64,000 nucleotides of DNA from Caecitellus pseudoparvulus (taxonomy: Eukaryota > Protista > Bigyra: Bicosoecida), in contig CBFFRQ010000093.1 of NCBI GenBank assembly GCA_965644315.1, forward strand, positions 186,001 to 250,000. The letters run 5' to 3'. Under the pieces are notes generated by a model. The model was given only the letters and a program-made list of their open reading frames with translations, did not search any database and was not told the origin of the DNA. The position numbers and the translations under genes are program-made. This document shows positions 1-12,346 of the stretch, one piece after another. Each line of letters opens with the position of its first letter. The first letter of the stretch is position 1.

Positions 1-1157
1 GTAGCGCGGGCGTGAGTTTGTCAGGGTGTTCACCTGTGCAAGGGAGTGGTAGCGTGAAAGACAGGAAGTGTGCGTGACGCGGGCATGGACAATACAAGCA
101 CAAAACCGGTCACAACGTACAATGCGTGTTTCCGCCTTCTTGCTGTGCCACACAGTCTGCCGATCCCACACGCCTGCAATGCGGCCCTTGGAGCGATATG
201 CGCCGCTGGTCGCTGCACGCTTGGTCAGCCATCGCACGTCTGCTGGCCGCAGACCAACAGGCGGCTCGCCTAGCTCCCGCGCAATCGCACACTCAATGAC
301 AAACCGCAGTTCCAGCGTGCTGCGAATGCGGCGGCGCCTCGAGCCACGACTGCGCCACTCCACAATGCCCCGAGCGATGACACGAGCCATGTCCGTTTCC
401 CCGCCCTTGTGGCGGAGTAGGCTGACCAGCTGGGCGTAGTTGCACGAGTTTACAATTTCACCAGCTGTTACAGCCCCCGATACGCTCTGTGGGCCGCACG
501 AGGAGCGGGTGGTGCAGTTTGGGCGGCAGTTCGCGGCTTCTGAGCCGCAGCACGCACCGAGTCGAATCTGCCGTCAAGCGGGCCGTCACGGCGGAAGGAA
601 AAACCTCGCGCCGCATTGTCCACCTGCCCTGAGTTGAAGCCAACATCCACTAACACGCCTGTCGCGCCTGGCTGCCCCAATTCCCCCAACACTTCCCCGA
701 TGTGAGTGTAGGGGGCCTTCACGAGGGTTGCGCGGTCCAGAACGCCAGCCTGCGCCAGCTGCTTGCGTGCTTTGGCCACCATCTCGGCGTCTGTGTCCAG
801 GCCAATGACGCGGGCGGCTGGGAGCAGCCGCAGCAGTGCTTCCGTGTGCCCACCATGCCCCAGCGTCCCATCCACAAAGACACAGCCAGCCCCGTCTGCA
901 GGCACGCTGGGGGGCACCCAGGCTTGCAGCACTTCATGGGGCATGACTGGCACGTGCAGCCCCGCGGAGGCTCGACTCTGGGCCACCTCTGCGCACACCT
1001 GCTGCACCCTGTCCGCTGCTTCGCCGCGCGGGCTGCCAGTGTGCAGCTGGCTTTCAGCTAAGTCACCCAGACAGCGGCTACTGGACATCCAGGGCACACT
1101 CCTGCGCCAGGGAAGGGAGGGCAACAACACCTTGAAGCGCCTAGCATGTCCAAGCAT
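1..1157 (-). CDS. METTL15: SAM-dependent rRNA m4C methyltransferase RsmH/MraW family (METTL15-like, probably mitochondrial); 3' end runs off the window
   Basis: Motifs HVPVMPHEVL, FVDGTLGHGGH, GLDTD, VDVGFNSGQVDNAARGFSFRRDGPLDGRFD. A GT-AG intron at 557-487 restores TAGEIVN...GETDMARVIARGIV...IRSTLELRFVI. ATG at 1157 opens an Arg/Ser-rich presequence-like N-terminus. Confidence 0.9.
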
Positions 1158-1410
1158 GATCGCCAACGAGGTGCGAGGGATAAGAGGCGCTGCAGTGCGC
1201 AGAGTCGATTGCGGAAATCGGAGCCTGCACGCCTTCCAGAAAGGCCGTGTGAGCCGGGCTGTGAAGAAGGCACACACTGAATATGCGTTCAGAACAAAGT
1301 GTTCACAGCTTCACACACGTGGGAGATTCTGGTGTGAGCGGATCGTTCCATTGCCCAGTGCAGCATGCAGGACTAGGGGCCGCCAGGAAACACTCTGCTT
1401 TGCACTGCGG

Positions 1411-1493
1411 GCGCCAAAACCACGTGACATAACACTCTTAAACCACAAGATCAGTGCAGTCATCGTGTTTATCTAGAATATCCACTTTTCGCG
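1411..1493. promoter_or_regulatory. Putative bidirectional promoter with E2F-like (GCGCCAAA 1411, TTTTCGCG 1486) and E-box (CACGTG 1421) motifs
   Basis: Lies in the ~350-nt gap between divergent ATGs at 1157 (-) and 1505 (+). Motif matches only; no functional evidence. Confidence 0.3.
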
Positions 1494-1504
1494 TCAAGTG
1501 TGCC

Positions 1505-3285
1505 ATGGAAACCGTCCCAGCAGCCGCAGAGGTGTGTTGCGTGCTGCGAGCCCAAGTTCCGCACTTCGCAGAACCACCTCGCCATCTGCACACCGCAGAG
1601 ATGGCTGTTGAGGGAAGAAATCCCTCGCATGTCTGCCTCAGACCCCCGAGCAATCTCGCGCATCCACGATGCCTTGCCAGTGGTCATCACGGACATGCAG
1701 CTGGTTGATGTGAGTTGGCGGCGTGATGCACGAAGCCCACTGCCCGCACTCGGCTCCCCGCTTCCCTGGCCAGCCTGCCGTGCACAAGTGGGACATGGGG
1801 TACCTGGAAACACACATGACCGGCGCAGACGTCACCGTCTTCCGTTCCACCGGGGACTTCCTGTACCACGATGGGGACGCTGGGCAGGCCGACTACGACT
1901 GGTCCCCACCCACAGAGCGCCTGTCCATGCCCGTGCACGAATTCGCGGCAGAGCTGCGCCGAAACGTGGCTCAGGAGGGCCGCGAACTGTTCTCCCCCAA
2001 CCCTGGCCCTGTTGCGGGCACCTGCGTCGGAGGCGTGGCTGCGCGGAGCAAGGGGGGGCGCGGAGGCGGGGAACCTGACCAGGAGCCCCCCTCCCCCGCC
2101 CCTGCTGCCTCCAGCCCCGCTGCTTCCATGCTGGCTGCACTGTCTGCACAAGAAGGCTCGGCGCCGAGTGAGCCAGCGGCGTCAGGAGGGGGTGGTGGCG
2201 TGCCTGGGTCTACCCCCCCTGCCGTGCCGCTGAGGGGGGGTGCGCGCTCTCGCGTGTACATGCAGCACAGTCTGTCGGAGGCCGTGTCGTCCACCATGAA
2301 GACTGACTTCACCGAGTTCAATTGGCCCCTGGCGACGGCGCTGGCCAAGCGCAATGCGTGGGGCCCCCTCACCTCCAACCTCCTGCTGGTGGGGGAGCGC
2401 TGCTGCGTTACGCCGCTGCACTACGACGAGCAGCACAACCTCTTCGCACAGGTGCGAGGGCGCAAGCTGGCCATCCTCTCACCCCCTGACTGCTTTGACT
2501 GCTTCTACCCATACCCTGTGGGACACCCCCACGACAGGCAGGCGCAGGTCAACGTGCGCCTGCCGGACCGGGCGCGCTTCCCGGAATTTTCCAAGGCGCG
2601 CTTCCTCCACGCAGTACTGAAGCCAGGGGAGGTGCTGTACATCCCCTCCTACTGGTGGCACGAGATCCACTCGCCGTTCGAAGACACCGTCAGCGTGAAC
2701 TTCTGGTTCCGAGCTGGCCCACCAGGCACCCCGGCCCTGCCACTGCGCGACCCTGTGCACCGAGTGGCTCTGCGCCGCAACATAGAAAAGTTCATGGGCC
2801 AATCCTATGGTTTCCCCGCCAGCACCCGGTTCTTCCAGCGCCTCGGCGCGGGGGACCTCACCGTGGGCACTTCCTCCCAGAGCGACCGCAACATGGTGTC
2901 GGCGGTGCTGAAGCTGCTCACCGTGGTGCTGGCAGCTGACGAGCTGGAGCCCTTCCTCATGGCCCTCTGCCGTGTGCGCTTCGACCTGCCCCGCAAGGCT
3001 CCAGGTGGCTTGCTGGCGTTCCCCCCCAAGACGCCCCTCGTGCGCGCTGCCATTGCGGAGGCCGTCGCGGCTGCAATGCGAGCCCGACAGGCTGCCGCCA
3101 CGGGCTCTGATGCAGGTGGCGGCGAAGGGAGTGCAGCCCAGACCCCAGCTCAAGTTGAGGCAGGCGCCCCCTCGTTGGCTGGCGCGGTGCAGGCTGGGCA
3201 CGGCTGGCAGGCACGAGGGACGTCGGAGCCCACAGCACCAGCTGCCTCGGGCGGCAGTGCACAACAGCTCCGAGGGCAAACTTGA
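1505..3285 (+). CDS. HIF1AN: JmjC 2-oxoglutarate asparaginyl hydroxylase, factor-inhibiting-HIF orthologue
   Basis: Exons 1505-1531, 1599-1709, 1774-3285. Motifs PVVITDMQLVDPAVHKWDMGYL, WGPLTSNLLLVG, VTPLHYDEQHNLFAQVRG, YPYPVGHPHDRQAQV, PGEVLYIPSYWWHEI, VNFWF and VALRRNIEKFMG (FIH dimerisation helix). HxD...H triad intact. Confidence 0.9.
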
Positions 3286-3375
3286 GCCCTCCGCCCTCCT
3301 CCATCGGAAAACACGACCATCACATGCATGCATGGTTTGGCATGCAATTATTTGTGAATTCAAACCTTTCCTGGT

Positions 3376-6300
3376 ATGGCTCTTGAAGCGGAGCAGTGCG
3401 TCCAACTGGGAGTGCTGGCTGCCACGCCGAGCTGCAGACCACGCACACCGCCTGTGCCTGTGCAGGTACCACTTCGTTGACGCTGCAACCAGCTCTGCAA
3501 ATGGACCTTACACACTTGACCAATTCAAGGACCTGTGGCTGCAGGTATGTCGTGGCGGCGCCCACTCAGCGCGCCCAACTCGCGCTGGCACTTCGTCGGT
3601 CGCAGACGACCACCCACACTAGCACTTCCTCCTCCATGTGCTCAGGGGCTGGTAAAGAAGGACACGCTAGTGTTCGGTGCTCCAGATCAAACTGAATGGC
3701 TCCCCCTGCAGTCCATCCCTGCGCTGTTCGATGCTGTGGCGCCGGCCTCCTCTCCAGCGCCGCCGCCCCTGCCCTCTCGAAGCTCCAAGCCGCGTGAGCC
3801 AGCTGCCACTTCGTCGGCACCTGCTCCAGCTTCCCGCGGGACAGCAGGTGGGGCACCTGACTTGATGGCTGCCATTCGTGGTGCAGGTGGCTCTGGCAAG
3901 GCCCGCCTTCGTAAGACCAAGACGGTCGTGAAGCAGTCACAGCCAAGCGGGACAGTTCGCTCTGGCCTCTCCACCTCCTCTGGCGGCAAGGCTGGTGTAA
4001 CATCTCCTAGGTCTGACCGCAAGGGCTCCGTGGGTGCACGTCCACAACCTGCAGGTGGCATGCTGGGCGAGCTAGCTGCCAAACTGGAGCGGCGCAAGCG
4101 CAAAGTGTCTCAACAGGAAGCGTCAACAGCCCCTGCCGACTCACCAGAGCCAGCCCCCGCACCAGCAGTGCCACCTCGAGGCGGCAGCGCACCAGAGCCA
4201 GCCCCCGCGCCAGCTGTGCCACCTCGAGGCGGCAGCGCACCAGAGCCAGCCCCCGCACCAGCTGTGCCACCTCGAGGCGGCAGCGCACCAGAGCCAGCCC
4301 CCGCACCAGCTGTGCCACCTCGAGGCGGCAGCGCACCAGAGCCAGCCCCCGCGCCAGCTGTGCCACCTCGAGGCGGCAGCGCACCAGAGCCAGCCCCCGC
4401 GCCAGCTGTGCCACCTCGAGGCGGCAGCGCACCTGAGCCAGCCCCCGCACCAGCTGTGCCACCTCGAGGCGGCAGCGCACCTGAGCCAGCCCCCGCACCA
4501 GCAGTGCCACCTCGAGGCGGCAGCGCACCAGAGCCAGCCCCCGCGCCAGCTGTGCCACCTAGGTCAGGGCGTCGCAGGACGGGCAGTCAAGACGACTTGT
4601 CAGTGGGTATGAGGTCCACTGCCTTCACAAACGCTGCGTCGAAGGTGGCGGAGCAGCCAGGCGGTGGTGGGGCTCGTGGCCTTGCGAGAGTCAAAGCTGG
4701 GACGCCAACGCCAGTACCTGGCAGTACAGCCACCGGGCGTTCGAAGTTCAAACGGGGGTCAGTCATGGGCACTTCTAGCACGAGAGGGGGTGGGAAGGGG
4801 CTGCGCAAGAAATCGGTAGCTGCGCAGTTGAGCGTGGCTCCAACGGACTCAGTGGCTCCGTTCGGCTTGGATGATGACGAAATGGGCGGGGAAGCGCCTT
4901 CCAACGGTGTGCCGGCCCCGCCGCCACGACACAGCCCAGACGACGCATGGCAGGTGAAGCGCACTGCAGATGGTAAGGTTTACTACTTCAACCATGTGTC
5001 TGGAGAGTTGACGTGGGAGAAGCCCCAGTGCCTGCAAACCGCCGCGGAGCGAGCAACGAGCAGCGCGGAGTGGACGTGGGTGCCACATGCACACAAGGCG
5101 TGGGTACCCGCGCAAATCACTGCGCGAAGCGGAGATGGCAGCGTCACGGTGGCGACACGGGATGGACTGCGCAGCCAGGTGGCGGCGGGGGAGGCGCCGC
5201 TGTGGCACTTGCACCTTCCGTCGCTGGATTCAATTGGGGAAGTGACGGACCTTGTGCAGCTGCGTCAGTTAAACGAAGCCACCATCATCACATGCCTTGC
5301 TGAGAGGTTCAACAATGATGAGATTTACACGTGGGTGGGCGCGTCCAAGTCCGTGCTGGTCAGCTTGAACCCTTTCAAGCTCCTGCCGCTGTACACACCG
5401 AAAGTGATTGCTGAGCACGCGAAGCCCCCACCGAACAAAGAGCTCCCCCCGCACGTCTTTGACATTGCATCGGGCTGTTGGCGCAGTCTGTGCGCGACAG
5501 GCAAGTCGCAGAGTGTGTTGATTTCGGGGGAAAGCGGCGCCGGCAAGACGGAAGCCGCTAAGCAGTGCCTGACGTTCTTGGCTGAGACGGTTGGGTCAGT
5601 GGGGCGGGTCGAGCAGAAGCTGCTGCAGTCCAACCCTGTCTTGGAAGCCTTCGGTAACGCCAAGACTGTGCGCAACAACAACTCCTCGCGCTTCGGGAAG
5701 TGGGTGGAGTACTACGTGGACAACAACATGGGCGGCCGCATCATCGGTGCCCGCATTGAGAACTACCTCCTGGAGAAGAGCAGAGTTGCGCTGCAAGCGG
5801 CAGGGGAGCGCGGGTACCATATTTTCTACCAGCTCACTGCTTCCCAGTACGGAGCAGACTTGGGCTTGGATGTGGCGACGCAGTACCGCAGCTTGATAGG
5901 CGGCAGTTCAGCAGGCGGCATCGGCGGTCCAGAGCACGACCCGACAGTGCCTGGCATCGACGACGCCACCGAGTTCGAGGACACGGTGGCATCCTTCCTC
6001 GGCCTGGGCATTGATCACGACGAAGAGGTGTTGCCGCTCATGCACCTGCTCGCAGGCCTTCTGCACTTGGGCAACGTCACCTTCCAAGCGGCAGGGGAAG
6101 GCTCAGTGGTGGACCCTGCGTCCACTTCTGCCGCCTGCAGTGCTGCCGCCTCGCTGTCAGTGGCAGAGGAAGCGCTCGCAGCAGCGTTGACACACCGCAG
6201 CATCGAAGTGGGAGCCAAGCGCACGCGCATCCCCCTCAACCCTGCGGCTGCCCGGGACGCCGCAGACGCACTGGCAAAGAATCTGTATGGCCGCATGTTC

Positions 6301-9147
6301 GACTGGCTGGTTCGGCGCATCAACCAAGCCGTTGCTGTGCAGCCATCGGAGGCGGGCGTCGGGTCAGGCGCAGGCAGCGCGCAGGCAGCAGCGGGGTCCC
6401 GGGTTGACCTTCCGTTCATTGGCGTCCTGGACATCTTTGGCTTCGAGATCTTCAAGGTGAACTCCTTCGAGCAGCTGTGCATCAACTTCGCCAACGAGCG
6501 ACTGCAGCAGCTGTTTAACCAGCATACATTCAAGGAGGAAATTGCCGTGTATGAAGCGGAGGGCATTCCGGTTCCGCCCGTGCGCTTCATCGACAACAAG
6601 CCCGTGCTGGACCTCATCCAGCAAACTGCCAAAGCTCCGCGAAAGGGGGGCATCCTCGTCCTTTTGGACGACGAAATCCGCCTCCCGAAGACGTCCGACG
6701 AGACGTTTGTGAACAAGATCATGACGGCACACGGAACACACCCGGCGCTGTCGCTAGACACTCGCTCATCCTTCGGCAGTGGCCTAGGCTTCACCATCAC
6801 CCACTATGCCGGCAAGGTGGACTACGACGCACAAGACTTCCTCGTGAAGAACAAAGACGTGCTGTGGACAGAGCTGACAGACTTGATGCTGACGTCTGGG
6901 AACCCACTGGTGCCCAGTGGCATGTTTCAGTCGGAAGCCGCAGCAAAGGCCAGCGGCAACCGCAGAACCAGCTCCAAATACTCTATGGGCGGGCAGTTCC
7001 GATCCCAACTGACTGCCCTGGTGCGTGTGCTGAAAGGCACTGAACCCAGGTACATTCGGTGTGTCAAGACGACGCCCCACAAGCGCCCCAACGACCTGCA
7101 CCCTGCACTGTGCATTGAGCAGCTGCGGTACAGCGGAGTGTTCGAGGCGGTGCAGATCCGCAAGACTGGATACCCCTTCCGCATGTCGCACCAGCAGTTT
7201 GTCGCCCGATATGCGTACGTCAACGACGAAACCCTGGCAGCAGTGCGTGCGGCTCGTGCACGCGGTGGGGTGACGGACTTCCCCTCGCTAGTGCGGCAGA
7301 TCCTGACTCTGTGCCAGCAGGACATGTCCAGGGTGCAGATCGGACACACAATGGTGCTGTACCGTGCCGAGCAGCACGGCTTGCTGGAGCTCATGCGAAA
7401 CCTGGCCCTGGAGCCCATCGCGTTGCTGTGCCAAGCTGGCATTCGTGGCGCGCTCGCGCGTCGGTTTGTCAGTCGCTGGCGGGAAATCACGCCGGTGCTC
7501 CGGGATGCCCTTGCCACTGGGAACGATCTCGATGCCATCTCTGCAGCTGTGCAGCATGCGTACTCACGCCTGCCAGCGACGCTCATTGCCCTCATGCCGT
7601 GTGAGCCACCTATTCTTGTGGCTGCCCGCACCTTGCGTGACAAACTCCGCCAATGTGTGCAGCTGGAGCAGGAGCTAGCGACCCTGCTGGGGGCTTCTGA
7701 GGCGGAGAAGGCCACGCAGCAGTTTGCGTACGATCTGGCTGCCGCCGTGAAGGTGGTGGAGGGCGTGCGGGACGTCCCACACACCCTCCGACTGGACCAG
7801 CTGGCGGCCGAAGCGAAGGACTTCTTGGCCACAGTTGCAGGGCGTCTGGTGGACCCAGAAGCCCGTGAAGCGCTGTACTTGTTAGACAAGCCTGCCATGC
7901 AGCGGGCTTCTGCAAAGGCTGCCGAGTACGCCTACACCAGCGCCGACATCCTGCAGATCCGGGAGGTGCTCGCTCTGTCAGAGGAAGAACTCATCAAGCT
8001 GCAGCTGAAGCGTGCCATGGAGCTGGGGGATGGTGTGCGTGTCATTAACCGAGAGGTGAAGCTGCAAGACATCTACTTGGCGGCCAACGCCCGGTTCTTC
8101 CGTCCTGACACGTACCCGCGCCTGCGCGATGCGGAGGAGTACGGCGGAAGCACTTTCCTTACGTCTTTCATCAAGAAACGCCGGGAAGCCCTGACAGCCA
8201 CCATGCTGGTGCACACAGTGGACCCCATCCCCACCTCCCTTACGCAGCTGGAAGGCGACGACGTTGTGGCGGCTGTGCGCATGCACAAGAGCGTGCTCAT
8301 GTGGTGCGGCGATCGCAAAGCCTCAACTGACGTCGCCACGGTGGCCAGTGAGGTGGTGGGGGAGGCAGGCCGCAGCGCAGTGCTGGCCCACGAACTGTTC
8401 CTGCAACTCATGAAGCAGGTGCAGGGCAACCCCAACCCCCACAGCGTGGACTCTGCCTGGACCCTCATGTACTTCCTCCTGCGGTGTGTGGGCGCCGCCC
8501 CTGACGTGGAGGGGCACGTCCTCACCTTCATCCGCGCCAACGCTGACGATTGGGTACAGCCCCTTGTCAGCACCCTGCACAACAGCAAGTACGCTCCCGG
8601 CGAGCGGCACCCCCTGCCCAGCCCCGGGCAGATTGATGGCCTGGTGGAGGAGTTCGGTCGAGGCATCCCACGCTCGCGATTCTCCCTGGCAGAGGACGCC
8701 ATCCAGGTGGGGCATGGAGCCGCCGCCGACCCGTCAGCCACCATGCCCCGCACAGCCACCATGGCCAATGCTGAGCGCTTCCCTCTTTCAGCTCTGCCTG
8801 CGGACATGAGTGTGCAGGAGAGCCCACACCCGTTGCACGGCGGCGCAGCGCCCGCTGGCGGCCGCCCCATGTCTGCGAAGTACGCCAGCCCCGCAGCAGA
8901 ACAGCCGCCGCCAGTGCCTCAAAGGGGCGAGGCACCCCCCTTGCCTCCCAGGCAGAACCCCATCGCAGTGGCCGCCTACCCCTTCACCAAGTCTGCCGAG
9001 GATGCGGAGGACACGCTGAACCTGGAGGCAGGGGAGGAGGCGGAGGTGCTGGACACATCCGACCCAGACTGGTGGCAGGTGCGTCTGCTGGCCTCTGGCC
9101 TCGTGGGCTTTGTGCCAGCCTCGTTCTTGCAGGTGCAGACAGGCTAG
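3376..9147 (+). CDS. Unconventional myosin, class IV-like: GYF_2 - WH2 - Pro-rich repeats - WW - motor - IQ - MyTH4 - SH3
   Basis: Exons 3376-3395, 3466-3544, 3646-9147. P-loop GESGAGKT, switch I NNNSSRFGK, switch II DIFGFE, FEQLCINFANE; WW (WQVKRTADGKVYYFNHVSGELTWEKP); MyTH4 (ELFLQLMKQVQGNPN); C-terminal SH3 (AAYPF...DWWQV...GFVPASFL). Confidence 0.93.
4144..4563 (+). repeat. Coding tandem repeat, 48-bp unit x ~8.75, encoding nine copies of PEPAPAPAVPPR(GGSA)
   Basis: Unit ccagagccagcccccgc(a/g)ccagc(a/t)gtgccacctcgaggcggcagcgca repeated with only synonymous differences, in frame within the myosin. Confidence 0.97.
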
Positions 9148-9395
9148 CGGCGCAGACGCGCCAGGCGCCTGGAGCGGCCTGTGCGTCCAGCCCACCAAAA
9201 CCCAATGCAAGCCATCACCCGACCCTGGCCAGCCATCCACAGCACTTACACTGCCCGCATTTGTGGTGTGGTGCTCAGCACGAGACCAGGTTCGTGCACG
9301 GAAGGCGTCGGACACTGAGCAGGCCACAGAGCCTTTGCTGAGCCGAGTGCACTTCGGCGGCCAGCAGCACACTGCAGAAGAGCCTTGGGGGCGAC

Positions 9396-12288
9396 ATGGC
9401 GGCTTCCCTGGAGAGCATTCGACAGGAAGTAGAGTCCCATGAAGATGCCATTGTGAAGGTGCAGCAGCAGGCCGCGAAAGGCGACGCCACAGACGCTGAG
9501 GTGCAGGCCGCTGCAGTGGAGCTGGTGGACAAGGTGTGTCTTGCATTGCACAAGCCTGCGCCCCGTGCGGGGGCTGCGAGGTTGTATTGGGGTGCTTTCT
9601 GAGATTTGCACGTGCGGGAAGTGTTGTGAATCCCTTGCACGAGCTGCGTAGCGGCGCCGCTCGAGGAACGCAGGGCTGCACGTGAGGGTCGCACGCGATG
9701 GCGTGAAACGCTTCCTGTATGCGGTCGGGCGCCCTGCTGACCCTTGCCTTGGTGGACGCTTTGCGTGCCCGTCAATCGTGCACGTGCACATTGACCCACT
9801 GTGATGTTCCTCGTGGGGCTTCTGTCTCGTCGTTCTGCTCGGCGCCATAGCAGGCTTGTTGTCGCGCGCGACTGTCTCCCACATGCTCCCGCTCCCTGCG
9901 CAGTACATCGAAGCTACCGGGTGTCTGCCGTCCGAGCGCGTGACAGAGGATGATGCAGCTTCCACTGGCGAGGCGGCTGGAGAGGAGGAGGGCGGTGCCG
10001 GCGACAGCGCTGAGCCGTCCCCCCCCAAGGAGGGCGCCGCTGGCCCTGTGCGCAAGAAGCCCCCGCCGCGGCACCGGAACTACTGGGAGCACACGAACAG
10101 CAGCATGGGCGTGTCCATGCAGTCCAAGCCAAAGAAGGACCTGGGCATGGTGTGGCTGGAGCGAGCCCAGCAGCTGTTGGGCAACCGCACTCTCTTCCCG
10201 CCCCCTGCCCACCTGTCCACGTCCAGCCTCGGTGGCTCAGCCGCCGCCGCGGCACCAGCCATGGCCTCCCGCCACGTCAGGCTAGAACTGGTGGCAACGG
10301 TGGGCAACATGATGGCAGTGCGGTCCAAGGCGCTCGGGCAGACGCACACCGCCCTCCGTCACCTGGAGACTGCGCTGAAGCAGGAAGCCCGCTTGCATGC
10401 CGCGGCGGAGGAAGATGTGGGGGCGGTGCTGGAGATGGCGCGTGTGGCGCACCGTAGTGGCGCGCCAGAGGAGGTGCAAGACGACTTCCGGGCGGCGTAC
10501 AGTGAGGCGGTGGAGTACCTGGCGTCACGCAGGCGCGCGTTTGCGACGTGCCACCTGAACGCTGTCAGCGTGCTGAGCGACATGGCCAAGCACGCAGGCG
10601 CGACGCACCACAGCAGCGAGGCTGTGCGCCTGCTCACGACGTCCTCCGTCACCACGAGCCTGCCGTGGGAGAGCACCAGTCGCCTGGTCATCGGCACGGC
10701 GGCAGAGGAGGGTGAGGAGGAGGGGGGTGGGGAGGTGATCGCGTCTACCGCCTCCACTGGCGGCATTGGTGTCGCCTCCTCCGGCACCCTGCTGCTCCTC
10801 GCGCAGGCCCTGTTCGGCCTGGCCATCCAGCAGGAGGCCCAGAAGAAGTACAGTGCCGCTGTCAAGTCGTGCGATCAGGGTCGCAAGGCGCTGCGGATGA
10901 TGGGCATGCGCAAGACGAAAGAGCGACAGGGGGATGGCTCAGGCTCCGTTGGGGGGGGTGGCAGTGCCCGTGGCGTGGGGGGCACGTCCCTCACTCACCT
11001 GCCACACCTGCCCGCGGCCAAGACGGGCAGCGTGCTGGCCCCCATGGACCACAGCTACGTGCACTGGCTGACCGAGCAGTTCAATGACTTGCACAGCACC
11101 TGTGAGAGTTTGGCTGAGGAGGCAGAGTCTGCGAAGAAGGCACGCCGCACTGCCTTCAAAGCCAGCACGTATGTGCAGCCTGGCCGCCGCACCCGCGGGA
11201 CGGGGCAAGACGTGCTGGACCGCTTGGTCGCAGCGACCTCCACGCGAGGTGGACCTGGTGGAGGGCGGCGCCGGCCTGGATCGCGCCCCTCCTCCCGGGG
11301 CTCTGCCTATGGTGGGAGCGCCAGCCAGCCCCTGCGTCGGACGCAGGGGGAGGTGGCGCAGTCCATGCTGGCGATGGACCCATCCACCGGCCGTGCCCGT
11401 CGCAGCAAGCGAGTGGCGGAGCAGCAGCGCACCGCTGCGGAGCGCTTGGATGCGCCAGGGCCAGTGAGTGCCGGGAAGTATGACTTCGCGCCGGCTCCCT
11501 CCAGCGCGCCAGAGTCCAGAGGAGTGGGCTTTCGAGGCAGGCGCACGGGGGGCAGTGGCGGCGGCGGACGCAGCAGCAAAGAGCCCCCTGTGCCAGATGA
11601 GATCCAAATCCCCGGCGTGGAGCCCACGTCCATCAAGGCCCTGGGGCAAGAGGCCAGGCACGCTGGCGAGGCAGCCCTGCTTGAGCCAGGCTCCTTGGAC
11701 AGCATCACCCCCAGCAGCGTGACGGCGTACAAGGGAGCCTTCACCACCTACGATGCGTACACTCAGGATGTCATTGACGCGCCGCCTGAGACGTTCAAAG
11801 AGTTTGAACGGGTGTTCCTGCCGCCCTCCGTGGACTTGCACTTCCCCCCCTTGGTGCCAGAGGTGGTGGCAGCCGCCCAGAGTGGCACGACGTCCGCCAC
11901 CGGCTTCGCTGCGCCAGCCATGCTGGGAGGCGGGCACCGCCGCATGATGTCCAAGAGCAGCACGGCGTCGGCTGGTGGGGCGAGTGGGGCCTCTCCCGGC
12001 ACGGCGGAGCAGAAGCGCGACGAGGTGGATGTTGTGCGAGCGGCGCCTGAAGGGGACCGATCCACTGCCCCGAGCACCCTGCCACCCGTGGACGCCCATG
12101 GCCCGCCTGGCGCAAGTGCAACCACGCCCAAGGAAGAGACAAAGGCAAGCGGTGGCGACGGCTCCCCTGCTGCCACCTCGCAACCCTCGTCTCGGTCGCG
12201 CGGCGGTATCCAAGGTGACATTCACCTTGTGCGGGCGCAGGAAGCTGCGGCCTTCAGCGGTAGTGACATGCCGTCCCAGCCACGGTGA
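9396..12288 (+). CDS. Hypothetical protein with TPR-like helical region and low-complexity C-terminus
   Basis: Probable exon 1 9396-9533 (MAASLES...LVDK), intron 9534-9903, exon 2 9904-12288. TPR-like segments ATVGNMMAVRSKALGQTHTALRHLETAL, ATCHLNAVSVLSDMAKHAGA, AQALFGLAIQQEAQKKYSAAVKSC. Confidence 0.6.
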
Positions 12289-12294
12289 GCACAC

Positions 12295-12304
12295 GAATGC
12301 ATTC
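12295..12304. terminator. Palindromic GAATGCATTC, candidate bidirectional 3'-end signal between convergent genes
   Basis: Perfect 10-bp palindrome in the 58-nt gap between the stops at 12288 (+) and 12347 (-). Confidence 0.5.
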
Positions 12305-12346
12305 GCAAGGTCAGGGCGCAGGGCGCAGTCGGCGCGTGCCGTCGTC

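Noticed and set aside
4144-4563. 48-bp tandem repeat as a CRISPR array
   Set aside because: No unique spacers, in frame within a myosin, eukaryotic context and no cas genes.
9534-9903. Unusually long (370-nt) intron as a snoRNA or introner host
   Set aside because: No convincing C/D or H/ACA box pair, no terminal repeats, and no similarity to other introns in the window; it may simply hide a small exon.
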